From NCBI GenBank assembly GCA_035440445.1, contig DAORMJ010000017.1:6635-70634 (forward strand): a DNA stretch of 64,000 nt. The letters run 5' to 3'. Made by a program: the position numbers and the translations under genes. The notes below the pieces were generated by a model. It was given only the letters and a program-made list of their open reading frames with translations. It did not search any database and was not told the origin of the DNA. Source of the DNA: Xanthobacteraceae bacterium (GTDB lineage: Bacteria > Pseudomonadota > Alphaproteobacteria > Rhizobiales > Xanthobacteraceae). Within the stretch, counting starts at the first letter, position 1. The number at the start of each line of letters is the position of its first letter. Positions 1 to 11,790 of the stretch are shown one piece after another.

Positions 1-1065
<1,065 letters not shown>

Positions 1066-1222
1066 CTGACCTATCCTTCCAGATAGAAGCCCCTCGTTGG
1101 GGAGGGGTGTCCCACTGGGGGGAATAGCAGAACTTTATGGCCGGTCAAGTGCGCCGCACAATTCTTCGCGGCGACAGGCATGCAAACCGCTCACCCCTGC
1201 CCCGGCAAAATGTGCGGAGAAT

Positions 1223-1255
1223 AAAAAAGGCCGCGATCTGAAAGAGACCGCGGCC
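1223..1255 (-). terminator. Rho-independent terminator downstream of the porin gene
   Basis: Stem GGCCGCG (1229-1235) pairs with CGCGGCC (1249-1255). An A-run at 1223-1228 gives a U-tail on the minus strand, 38 nt after the stop at 1293. Confidence 0.6.
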
Positions 1256-1292
1256 TAGTTTCGCGAGAGAGCCAACTCTACGCGGGGATGGT

Positions 1293-1910
1293 TCAGTCAA
1301 GCTTGTAGCGGAAGCCTACGCGGAATTCGTGCGAATAGACCTCGATCGGCGCATTGCTCAGCGAGACGCCGTTGCCAAGATCGGCGAAGCGATAGCCGAA
1401 ATCGACTGAAAGGTTGGGCGACAGATGATAGGCAGCACCCGCCATCAGCGCATAAGCGAAATTCCACTTCGCACCGGCATCGGTGTGATTATAGGCCGTG
1501 CCAACACCGGCGCCGACATAAGGCGTGACACCGTACCAGGTGCCAATATCGGCATAGGCGTTGAAGAGCAGCGCCGAAGACCAGAGCTTCATGCCCGCGA
1601 CGTCCGGATTGTCGCCCGCGCTGAAGCGGCTGCCGAACTGATAATCGAGCGTCACGTCGCCGCGCAGCCAGTTGTTGAACTGATAGCCAACACCGACACC
1701 GAGCGCTGCGGCATCTTCGGGACCGGACGCGCCGGGAATGGCGAACGTGCGATAAGTGAAGTCGCCGCGCAGATACCAGTTAGAGCCGAGTTCGACGACG
1801 GGCAGCGGCGGCGCCTGCAGAATCGGCGGCGGCGGCGACATGTCGGCTGCGAGCGCCGGAGACAGTACACTGGTGAAGAGTGCGGCCGCGGCCAGAGCGA
1901 GTTTTTTCAT
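1293..1910 (-). CDS. outer-membrane beta-barrel protein (Omp25/Omp31/RopB-like porin family)
   Basis: 205 aa. Signal peptide MKKLALAAAALFTSVLSPALA. Alternating aromatic/Gly-rich strands (GVGVGYQFNNWLRGDVTLDY). Terminal FRVGFRYKLD has a beta-barrel C-terminal-signature-like ending. Confidence 0.8.
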   Translation of the reverse strand: MKKLALAAAALFTSVLSPALAADMSPPPPILQAPPLPVVELGSNWYLRGDFTYRTFAIPGASGPEDAAALGVGVGYQFNNWLRGDVTLDYQFGSRFSAGDNPDVAGMKLWSSALLFNAYADIGTWYGVTPYVGAGVGTAYNHTDAGAKWNFAYALMAGAAYHLSPNLSVDFGYRFADLGNGVSLSNAPIEVYSHEFRVGFRYKLD

Positions 1911-2067
1911 ACGAGATACCTTTTTTGCGCATCGCCTGAGCGACGCGAACTCGACGTTCGAGGTGGATTATCCAACTGTTAGGGTTAATTTTCCGAAAAC
2001 GGTTTTGATTTCGAAAGCGGAAAGTGGCGAGCGGCACGATCGATCGCGCCGCTCGCCTTTCGAGAGA

Positions 2068-3066
2068 TCAGAACTTCCGCATCAGCGGCTGGAAGACCTG
2101 CGGCGGAACGATCTGTTGCGGGACGCTGCTCGCGAAGAGATAGCGCACGCCGAGCTTCAGATCGTGCGAGTCGATCCCCTTGAAGAGCATCGGATTGCGA
2201 ACGGTGTTCGTGCCGTCATAGGCGATGATGTCGCCGCTCTGCCCGTCGCCGAGATAAACGTAGCGATAGGCGAATTCGAGCGTCACGTTCTTCGTGACTT
2301 CGTAGGCGAGACCCGCATGGAATGCGTAAGCGACGTTCCATTTGTAATCGGAGTCCGCATACCCCAGCGTCGGCGAACCGTTGGCGATGCCGGCATCGCG
2401 GAAGCTGTGAATGCCGATACGGCTGAAGCCGATGCCTGCGCCGACGAACGGCGTGACGCCGCCCCAGGTGCCGAGGTCTGCATAGACGTTGAACAGGTAC
2501 AGCCACTCGGACTTTTTGCCCGTATAGTTGTTGAAGCGGGGATCAGCGCCGAGCGTATAGACGTCCATACCGTGGAAACCAGTTTCACCACGATATTCGG
2601 CCGTCACGTCGAAGCGCATCCAGCTGTTCCATTTGTAACCGACACCGAAGCCGAACAGCATTCCAGACTCGAAATTCTTGTCGAGAATCTGCAGGCCGGT
2701 TGCGGTCGCATAGAGCGCGTTGTCGAGTTCCATGACGGCCTGATTGGTCATGCCGATGTCGCCGCGGATGTACCAGCCGCCGAATTCCTCGACGTGCACA
2801 TGCTGATAGTGCTGCACGACCGGCGGCGGCGGCGGAACCGCGGCCACGCAATGCGGCGGCGGTGGCGGGCCATAAGGCTGAGCGGGCGGACAGGGCTGCA
2901 CGCAATGCGGTGGCGGCGGCGGCCCATAGCCATAAGGCTGCGGCGGCGGACATGCGGGAGGCATTTGCGGCGGCGGTGGCGGCGCGTAGTCCGCGCCAAG
3001 CGCAGTCCCCGTGCTGAAGGCAACAGCCGCTACGGCGGCCAGAGCGGCAAAACGAACGCTGCCCAT
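2068..3066 (-). CDS. outer-membrane beta-barrel protein with Pro/Cys-rich N-terminal extension
   Basis: I start it at the internal ATG at 3066 (MGSVRFAALAAVAAVAFSTGTALG signal peptide, AAAGGA SD 8 nt upstream). The mature N-terminus is YAPPPPPQMPPACPPPQPYGYGPPPPPHCVQPCPPAQPYGPPPPPHCV. An Omp25-like barrel follows (WYIRGDIGMTNQ...GVRYLF...). Confidence 0.75.
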   Translation of the reverse strand: MGSVRFAALAAVAAVAFSTGTALGADYAPPPPPQMPPACPPPQPYGYGPPPPPHCVQPCPPAQPYGPPPPPHCVAAVPPPPPVVQHYQHVHVEEFGGWYIRGDIGMTNQAVMELDNALYATATGLQILDKNFESGMLFGFGVGYKWNSWMRFDVTAEYRGETGFHGMDVYTLGADPRFNNYTGKKSEWLYLFNVYADLGTWGGVTPFVGAGIGFSRIGIHSFRDAGIANGSPTLGYADSDYKWNVAYAFHAGLAYEVTKNVTLEFAYRYVYLGDGQSGDIIAYDGTNTVRNPMLFKGIDSHDLKLGVRYLFASSVPQQIVPPQVFQPLMRKF

Positions 3067-3150
3067 CTCACGAATCCTTTGTTCGCGGCATGAGCAGACT
3101 CGTGTCGGACCCACGCCAGTTACTGACGGCGTGAGTATCCCCGCGAGTAT

Positions 3151-3165
3151 TTAAAGAGCGATTAA
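3151..3165. promoter_or_regulatory. TTAA-N7-TTAA motif (CtrA-box-like) in the AT-rich porin upstream region
   Basis: TTAAagagcgaTTAA matches the Caulobacter CtrA consensus spacing exactly. It sits in a 200-bp patch that carries 9 TTAA tetramers. Function not shown. Confidence 0.25.
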
Positions 3166-3331
3166 CCTTAACTCTTAACCGTATTTTTTAATCAAAGTTA
3201 CGTTGCCTAGGCGACGCATCAATGCGAATGCGCACGCAAGAAAGCGATGCGTTAATGCGCGTTAAGAAAGAGATTAACGAGCGATGAAGAGAAAGTTTCC
3301 GCGAAGTTAAGAAACGCCGAATCGCAAAACT

Positions 3332-4675
3332 TCAAGCCGCTGCTTTCGCAACGGCCGCGACGATGACATCGACGACTTCTTCGACGAGTTCGCGATCATC
3401 GCCTTCCGCCATCACGCGAATGACGGGTTCGGTGCCGGAAGGACGGATCACGAGACGTCCGGTTTTTCCGAGCCGGCGCTGCGCGGCATCGATGACGCTT
3501 GCAACGGAGGCATTCTCGAGCGGCTTGCCGGAAGAATATCGCACGTTCTTCATGATCTGCGGCAAAGGATCAAAGCGGTGACAAACTTCCGAAACCGGCT
3601 TGCCGGATTTCTTCACCATCGCCAGCACCTGCAGGGCCGCGACGAAACCGTCGCCGGTCGTTGCATAGTCCGACAGGATGATGTGACCGGAAGGTTCGCC
3701 GCCGACATTGAAGCCGGTCTCGCGCATCCTCTCGAGCACATAGCGGTCGCCGACCGGCGTACGCTCGAAGCCGATGCCGAGCCGGTCGAAATGACGCTCA
3801 AGCCCGAGGTTCGACATCACGGTCGACACGACGCCATCGCGCGCAAGCAGACCTTCGGCGCGGAAGCGCTCTGCGATCAGCGCGAGCAGTTGATCGCCAT
3901 CCACGAGATGACCCTTCTCGTCGACGATCACAACACGGTCCGCATCGCCATCCAGCGCGATGCCGATATCGGCGCGCATCTCGCGCACCTTGGCGGAAAG
4001 CGCTTCCGGCGCGGTCGAGCCGACGTCGCGATTGATGTTGAAGCCGTCGGGATCGACGCCGATGGAAATGACTTCCGCGCCCAGCTCCCAGAGACCGGCG
4101 GGCGCAACCTTGTAGGCAGCACCATTCGCGCAATCGACGACCACGCGCATGCCTTCGAGCGAAAGATTGCGCGGCAGCGTGCGCTTGGCGAATTCGAGAT
4201 AGCGCTCATAGGCGCCGTCGATGCGCTTGGCGCGGCCGAGGTCGCCCGGCTGTGCGAGCCGCTTTGAGAGATCGGCGTCCATCAGGTCTTCGATGTCCTG
4301 CTCGATCGCATCGGTGAGCTTGTAGCCATCCGGCCCGAACAGCTTGATGCCGTTATCGTCGTAGGGATTGTGAGACGCCGAGATCATGACACCGAGATCG
4401 GCGCGCATCGAGCGCGTCAGCATCGCGACCGCCGGCGTCGGCATGGGGCCGAGCTGAAACACGTCCATTCCGACCGAGGTGAACCCCGCGACCAGTGCGG
4501 TCTCGATCATGTAACCGGAGAGGCGCGTATCCTTGCCGATCACGACGCGATGGCGATGTTCGCCCTGCTGAAACGCGAGACCCGCAGCCTGCCCGACCTT
4601 CAATGCGAGTTCGGGCGTGATCACGCGATTCGCGCGGCCCCGGATGCCGTCGGTCCCGAAGTGCTTTCGTGCCAT
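3332..4675 (-). CDS. glmM: phosphoglucosamine mutase
   Basis: 447 aa. N-terminus [16 protein letters not shown]. Active-site region [17 protein letters not shown]. Length and motifs are typical of GlmM. Confidence 0.95.
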   Translation of the reverse strand: MARKHFGTDGIRGRANRVITPELALKVGQAAGLAFQQGEHRHRVVIGKDTRLSGYMIETALVAGFTSVGMDVFQLGPMPTPAVAMLTRSMRADLGVMISASHNPYDDNGIKLFGPDGYKLTDAIEQDIEDLMDADLSKRLAQPGDLGRAKRIDGAYERYLEFAKRTLPRNLSLEGMRVVVDCANGAAYKVAPAGLWELGAEVISIGVDPDGFNINRDVGSTAPEALSAKVREMRADIGIALDGDADRVVIVDEKGHLVDGDQLLALIAERFRAEGLLARDGVVSTVMSNLGLERHFDRLGIGFERTPVGDRYVLERMRETGFNVGGEPSGHIILSDYATTGDGFVAALQVLAMVKKSGKPVSEVCHRFDPLPQIMKNVRYSSGKPLENASVASVIDAAQRRLGKTGRLVIRPSGTEPVIRVMAEGDDRELVEEVVDVIVAAVAKAAA

Positions 4676-4740
4676 CAGATTAGGTCTCCAGACGAATTCC
4701 GCCGCTTGCGGGACGGCATAGCCCGCCGGTTGTGCCGAGG

Positions 4741-4816
4741 CTAGTGGTCCGATTCTAACATTCGCACTCCTGTGACGCTTGCGCCCATGCGAATGTTAGA
4801 ATCAAAGGACCACTAG
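4741..4816. repeat. 76-nt CTAG-bounded palindromic element, copy 1
   Basis: The arm ctagtggtccgattctaacattcgca (4741-4766) pairs with 4788-4816. That gives 26 bp with one 3-nt AAA bulge and a 21-nt loop. Confidence 0.85.
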
Positions 4817-4829
4817 CAACTGTAAGATT

Positions 4830-4907
4830 CTAGTGGAGTTTTAGATTTGACATTCGCGCCGGGCGACTGCTGCGAGGTTGGCGCGAATGTCAAATCTACT
4901 CCACTAG
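4830..4907. repeat. 78-nt CTAG-bounded palindromic element, copy 2 (inverted relative to copy 1)
   Basis: The arm ctagtggagttttagatttgacattcgcgcc (4830-4860) pairs with 4880-4907 (28 bp, one TTT bulge). The arm sequence aligns to the reverse complement of copy 1: CTAGTGG...TTT..GATT(C)T(A/G)ACATTCGC. Confidence 0.85.
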
Positions 4908-5015
4908 TACGCTACCGGAAGCTTGCCCTCAAATATTGTGAGCGATGTTAACGATGCCGCGCGGTCCCTCGAATTGGGTTAAGATTCTCCCGCCCTGCCC
5001 TTCCCGAGGTGAAGC

Positions 5016-6053
5016 ATGAAAGCCGCAAGCGCCCGCACCACCCTTCTCGCTGCAGCCATGCTGCTGGCGGCAAGTCACGCTTCCGCCCAGCAGTTCCAGT
5101 CGCCGCTTCCGGAGCATATGCCACTCGGCAAGGAGGTGTGTTACGGCCGCGTCTATGACGCTTCACATCTGGCGAAGCATCCGAAGCAACTCGTGACGTC
5201 GCTGCATGTGTTTCGCGATCTCGATCCCGATCAGAACACCGAAGACACGCCGCAGACCCGCGAGGAAGTGCTGAAGAACGACGGCGAAGGCGGCGTGAAC
5301 GTCAGCGCTTTCGTGCGCTTCAAGAACCGCAAGGGCGTTTTCTGGAACGGACTGACCTGCAATAAATCAGCGGACGGAAAATTCGTCCGCTGCGGCATCG
5401 ATTGCGATGGCGGATCGTTCGAGCTGCGCACGCGCGGCAAGAATCTTCATTTGACCAATGAAGGCTTCGTCCTGATCGGCGGCTGCGGCGCGTCGGAGGA
5501 AGAATACGAAAACCAGTTGAGCTTTCTTCCCGGCGCCGACGACAAGACGTTCCTGCTCGAGCCCTTGCCGCTCGCGCAATGTGCGGCATTGCGCGATCAA
5601 GTGAAGCCGGCCTTTGCCAAGATGGGCAAGGCGCTGCGGACCCGTTTCGAGACGCAGGAGGCGGTCTGCTATTCCCGCATTTATGATGATGCGCACCTGA
5701 AAAAGAACCCGCAGCAGACCGTGCGCAAGATCGCGCTGTTGCGCGCGGCGGGCGGCAAGGACGTGCATAAGGATGCGCCCGGCTACGACCTGACGTTCAG
5801 GATCGAAACCAAGGACGGCAAGCAGTTCACCCAGACCGCTAAATGCTATCCCGACCGCTATACCTATACCTGTCCGGTGAAGGCCGAGATCGACACTGCG
5901 AAAGACTTCTACGTCACGCGCGCCGGCGACAACGCGCTGACGATCCGCGATCGCGCCGGGAAGTTCACAGACTTCTTCGGGGTCAAGCTCGGCAAGGACG
6001 ACCGGCTGTTCAGGCTTGAGGCGAGCGCGCCGGCTGCCTGCGCATTGAACTGA
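5016..6053 (+). CDS. secreted hypothetical protein with internal two-fold duplication, Cys-rich
   Basis: 345 aa. GAGGTG SD. Signal peptide MKAASARTTLLAAAMLLAASHASA. Two homologous modules begin CYGRVYDASHLAKHPKQLVTSL and CYSRIYDDAHLKKNPQQTVRKI. I recognise no family. Confidence 0.7.
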   Translation: MKAASARTTLLAAAMLLAASHASAQQFQSPLPEHMPLGKEVCYGRVYDASHLAKHPKQLVTSLHVFRDLDPDQNTEDTPQTREEVLKNDGEGGVNVSAFVRFKNRKGVFWNGLTCNKSADGKFVRCGIDCDGGSFELRTRGKNLHLTNEGFVLIGGCGASEEEYENQLSFLPGADDKTFLLEPLPLAQCAALRDQVKPAFAKMGKALRTRFETQEAVCYSRIYDDAHLKKNPQQTVRKIALLRAAGGKDVHKDAPGYDLTFRIETKDGKQFTQTAKCYPDRYTYTCPVKAEIDTAKDFYVTRAGDNALTIRDRAGKFTDFFGVKLGKDDRLFRLEASAPAACALN

Positions 6054-6062
6054 GAAGAGCCC

Positions 6063-7097
6063 TCAGTTCTGCACGCGCTTCAGGATCACAATGGCGAGAT
6101 TTCCATCGGGAAGAAAATCTTTCTTCGTCATCTCGAATTGCGTGGGCCCTATCTTCTTCACGTTCTCGCCGCAGAAGCTGACGAGATTTTCGGGCGCGCC
6201 CTTGTCCACGACGAGGCGGAAATCGCCGATCGGGCCGGACCAGTTCGCGCCGGTCTTCAGGATGTATTCGATCCGCTGCTCCTGAAATGGCACACCGAAT
6301 TCGGGCTTTGCGTTTTTCGTGGCCCGCGCGATCGCGGCAAGAAAATCCTTATCGATGCAGTATTTCTTGAGCTGCGCTTCGTAGGCGGCATCCTTGGTGG
6401 CGTAGGGCGCACCATAAGACGTGCCGACGGTCGCGCCGACGCTCGGCTTGTAGCGGTGCTCGACCACGATCTCTTTTCCGGCCGGAAAGGTCTGCAGCCA
6501 GTAATAGGTGGTCTGCAAGGCCCAGCGTGCGCCGAGATGCTTCTCCATGCCTTTGCCGGCATCGTACTCGTCGATCTCGGCGAGACCGAACTGGATCAGT
6601 TCGTCCCACTGCGCCTTCGGCAGCCGGTCGAGCGCTTCGTTGGTTGCCTTCAGATGCGGGGCGAGCGGAATGCCAAGTTTGCGCAGCAGCGCGGTGCGAT
6701 CGACGCCCGCGGCGATCACGCGCTGTTCGACGTCTGCCTTGACTGGCTTGCCATCGACGCGTGTTTCAAACGCAAGAATGTTCACCGGGTCTTCGGTCGG
6801 GATGGAGATGTTCGTTTCCGCGCTGTCGATGCGGATTTCCGGCATCGGGAAAGCGACGAGCGTCGTCACATCGCGAGCCGACTTGTTGAAGAAGCGATAG
6901 CGCACGCGCACTTCTTCGGCGGAGATGAAGAGATCCTCCGCGCGCATCTCGACATCGGGGTTGGTGACGAAGATGAGCCCGCTATTGGTCAGTTCGGCGG
7001 AACTGTCGTTGCCGCGGACCGGCAGTGTCGCGGCTAAAACAAATGCCGCCATCGAAACGATGGCGGCACCCATTTTCATTCTTGAGACGTCGAACAT
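6063..7097 (-). CDS. DUF4424-like exported protein
   Basis: 344 aa. Signal peptide, then NDSSAELTNSGLIFVTNPDVEMRAEDLFISAEEVRVRYRFFNKS. Length and N-terminal pattern match my memory of DUF4424. The start could be one of the internal Met codons at residues 7 or 9. Confidence 0.6.
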   Translation of the reverse strand: MFDVSRMKMGAAIVSMAAFVLAATLPVRGNDSSAELTNSGLIFVTNPDVEMRAEDLFISAEEVRVRYRFFNKSARDVTTLVAFPMPEIRIDSAETNISIPTEDPVNILAFETRVDGKPVKADVEQRVIAAGVDRTALLRKLGIPLAPHLKATNEALDRLPKAQWDELIQFGLAEIDEYDAGKGMEKHLGARWALQTTYYWLQTFPAGKEIVVEHRYKPSVGATVGTSYGAPYATKDAAYEAQLKKYCIDKDFLAAIARATKNAKPEFGVPFQEQRIEYILKTGANWSGPIGDFRLVVDKGAPENLVSFCGENVKKIGPTQFEMTKKDFLPDGNLAIVILKRVQN

Positions 7098-7109
7098 GCA
7101 AACGCCTTG

Positions 7110-9029
<1,920 letters not shown>

Positions 9030-9180
9030 GAAGGACCTTTCGCGGTGCCTTTTGGCTGGATTTTCAGGGGCGTAATCCTAGCCGAGGCCGATTAAAGCCG
9101 ATTTACGTTGGAATGTAGGCGCGGGCCCCCTGCTTGCCAAGGGAACGCAACTGCGAAAAGGTACGAAACATCCTTACCGG

Positions 9181-10233
9181 TCAGGCTTTTCGCGGTCTTT
9201 TTACCGCGCCGGAACCCGCTTTCCGCGGCGGTGCGGCTGCGACAACGAGTGCTGCTTCCGTGAGCGTCACCGTCGCCCCCGCAAGCGTGCGCTTGAGCTC
9301 GCCGCCCGCGCGGGTTGCGGCAACGAGCGCCCCGAACAGCGCCTCTACTTTCGCGAGTTCCGCCGGGCCCTCGATCCCTTCCCGGTCGATCGCCTCCCGC
9401 AGCATCCGGATCGCAAGCTCGTCGGGCATCAGAAAAAAGCCCCGTGCCTCGAATGCGCGTCCGCCCGCGCAATCCGTTCGCAAGGCGAAGGCCGCTTCCT
9501 CGGCAAGACGATTGAGGGCCGCATTCGCCCGGCCGAGACGTTTTGCCATCAGCGCGAGATTGGCGGCGTCGATCCCTTCTTTCGCGAGCGCCGGCGCGAG
9601 TTTGCGCAGCCGCGCCCGCAGATATTTCGTGTCCTTGTTGGTCGGGTCGCTCGCATAAGGAATGCGGAGCTTCTTCAAGGTCGCAAGCAACCGCGCCTTC
9701 GGCAGATCGAGAAACGGACGGCCGATGAACACGCCGTTGCGCCGATGCACGCGGCGGATGCCGGCAAGCCCACCAAGGCCGGAGCCACGGCCCATCCGGT
9801 GCAGCACCGTCTCGGCCTGATCGTCGCGCGTGTGCGCGGTCATCAGAAGATCAGCGCCGACTTCCTTTGCCAGCGCCGAGAACAGCGCAAAACGCGCCTC
9901 GCGTGCGGCCTCCTGCACGCCGGTGATCGGCTTCCTGCCCTTCCAGGCCAGCGTATGGTGGGGAATGCCGAGCCTGGCAGCCAGCTTCGCAACCATTTTC
10001 GCTTCGCTTTTGGAGGCGCTGCGCAAGCGATGATCGATGGTGGCGGCAACGAGATCGGGACCGCTGCCGCGCAGTTCGCGCCACTTCGCGGCGAGCACGA
10101 GAAGGGCCGTCGAATCCGGGCCGCCGGAAACGGCGAGCAGGATCTTTCCCGATTTTGCGAAATCTTCGAACAGCGCGGAGAGCTCGCTCTCCGCGACAGG
10201 AGTCTTCTCAGCAGCCGATCCGCTTCTGCTCAT
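9181..10233 (-). CDS. tilS: tRNA(Ile)-lysidine synthetase
   Basis: 350 aa. PP-loop LLAVSGGPDSTALL and HTRDDQAETVLHR. Conserved position upstream of ftsH. The start overlaps the end of cpoB by 26 nt and is uncertain. Confidence 0.85.
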   Translation of the reverse strand: MSRSGSAAEKTPVAESELSALFEDFAKSGKILLAVSGGPDSTALLVLAAKWRELRGSGPDLVAATIDHRLRSASKSEAKMVAKLAARLGIPHHTLAWKGRKPITGVQEAAREARFALFSALAKEVGADLLMTAHTRDDQAETVLHRMGRGSGLGGLAGIRRVHRRNGVFIGRPFLDLPKARLLATLKKLRIPYASDPTNKDTKYLRARLRKLAPALAKEGIDAANLALMAKRLGRANAALNRLAEEAAFALRTDCAGGRAFEARGFFLMPDELAIRMLREAIDREGIEGPAELAKVEALFGALVAATRAGGELKRTLAGATVTLTEAALVVAAAPPRKAGSGAVKRPRKA

Positions 10234-11176
10234 TCTCGGCGTTCTTCTTCACCGTTGGCGACGCTTTCGGATACTTCGAAAGCACCGCGCCGAGCGAACC
10301 GCAAGCGGCTTCCTTCTTGTTCAACTGGGCGAGCGACTGGCCGAGGCGGAGCAGTGCATCCGGTGCGCGCTGGCTTTGCGGCCACTTGTTATAAATATCG
10401 AGGAATACTTCCGCGGCTTCCGAATACTTGCGCTGCATATAGATGCTCTCGCCGAGCCAGTAGCTCGCAAGCGGAATATTGCGGTCGTTCGGATACTGCT
10501 CGATGAAGCCGCGGAACGACTGTTCAGCCGCCGGGTACTCACGCCGCAGCACATAGCCATAGGCAAGATCGTAGGCGTCCTTGGGCGAATTTGTCGGCGG
10601 CAACACCGCCTGCTGCTGCGGCGCTTGCGGCGGTTGCTGCTGATTGAAGTTCTGATTCTGATTCGGCGACAGCACCATCGGACCCTGCGGCTGCTGCTGC
10701 GGGTTCTGCTGATACTGCTGCTGCGGCGGAATCTGCCCCAGGTTCTGCGGACGGCCGGGCGCCTGCGGATTGGCTTCCGGGTCGAAGGCGTCGCCCCGCC
10801 GTTGCGGGTTCTGCTGCGGCTGGGACGGCGGGATGTTCTGCTGCTGAAACGGCGGCGGCGTCACGTTCTGTTGCTGCGGCGGAATATTCTGCTGCTGCGG
10901 ACGCTGCTGCACGGGCTGTTGCGGCGGCTGCTGCACCGCGCCGCGCTGCATCTGCTGGATCTGATACTGCAACTGCTCGATCTGGCCGGTGAGCTGACGC
11001 AGCTGCTGCTCGAGCCGATCGACCCGGATCGCAAGATCGCTATCGCCCTGTTGTTGCGGCGGGTAATCCGGCTGCCGGTTGCCGAACGGAAACTGCGCCG
11101 ATGCGGGCGAAGCGCAGAGAAATGCCGCGGCGAGAACGGCCAGAGTAATCTTGCGTGCGACGTGGAACGTGATCAT
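10208..11176 (-). CDS. cpoB: Tol-Pal system protein CpoB/YbgF with expanded Q/P-rich linker
   Basis: 322 aa. Signal peptide, N-terminal coiled coil (RVDRLEQQLRQLTGQIEQLQYQIQQMQ), a long Q/P low-complexity linker, and C-terminal TPR repeats (AYDLAYGYVLRREYPAAEQSFRGFIEQYPN...). Located downstream of pal. Confidence 0.85.
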   Translation of the reverse strand: MITFHVARKITLAVLAAAFLCASPASAQFPFGNRQPDYPPQQQGDSDLAIRVDRLEQQLRQLTGQIEQLQYQIQQMQRGAVQQPPQQPVQQRPQQQNIPPQQQNVTPPPFQQQNIPPSQPQQNPQRRGDAFDPEANPQAPGRPQNLGQIPPQQQYQQNPQQQPQGPMVLSPNQNQNFNQQQPPQAPQQQAVLPPTNSPKDAYDLAYGYVLRREYPAAEQSFRGFIEQYPNDRNIPLASYWLGESIYMQRKYSEAAEVFLDIYNKWPQSQRAPDALLRLGQSLAQLNKKEAACGSLGAVLSKYPKASPTVKKNAENEQKRIGC

Positions 11177-11286
11177 GGGCGCACCGATGGAACCCGTTTT
11201 GGCCCAAAGTTAGGCCGGTGAAACGCAAGAAACCGGCGCCTTGGACAGGCACCGGCTTTTCTGATGCGGCAGAGAGCAGTCCAGGC

Positions 11287-11790
11287 TCAGGTGCCCGGCG
11301 CGCTGTTCAAGACGGTGACGGCGCGGCGGTTCTGCGACCAGCAAGAGATGTCGTTACAGACCGCGACCGGCCGTTCCTTGCCGTAGGAGATCGTGCGCAT
11401 GCGCGACGGATTGATGCCGCGCGAGACGAGATAGTCGCGAACCGTCTGGGCACGGCGGGCACCGAGCGCGATGTTGTATTCGCGCGTGCCGCGCTCGTCG
11501 GCGTGACCTTCCACGGTGAACGCATACTGCGCGTATTGCTGCAGCCACTGCACCTGCTTGTCGAGCGTGGCGCGTGCCTGCGGGGTCAACTCCGACTGAT
11601 CGCTTTCAAAGAACACGCGATCGCCGACGTTGACGACGAAGTCCTGCACGCTGCCAGGTGTATTGGCATTCGCGTTCGGATTGTTCGCATCGGCCTGGTT
11701 CTGGCTCGTCGAACACGCAGCCACTGCCATCGTCACTGCAAAAAGTGCGGCGAAACGCGCGCCACGAACGAGCCGCATCAAAGCCGTCAT
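11287..11790 (-). CDS. pal: peptidoglycan-associated lipoprotein Pal
   Basis: 167 aa. Lipobox AVAACS. OmpA-like domain FTVEGHADERGTREYNIALGARRA. Confidence 0.93.
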   Translation of the reverse strand: MTALMRLVRGARFAALFAVTMAVAACSTSQNQADANNPNANANTPGSVQDFVVNVGDRVFFESDQSELTPQARATLDKQVQWLQQYAQYAFTVEGHADERGTREYNIALGARRAQTVRDYLVSRGINPSRMRTISYGKERPVAVCNDISCWSQNRRAVTVLNSAPGT

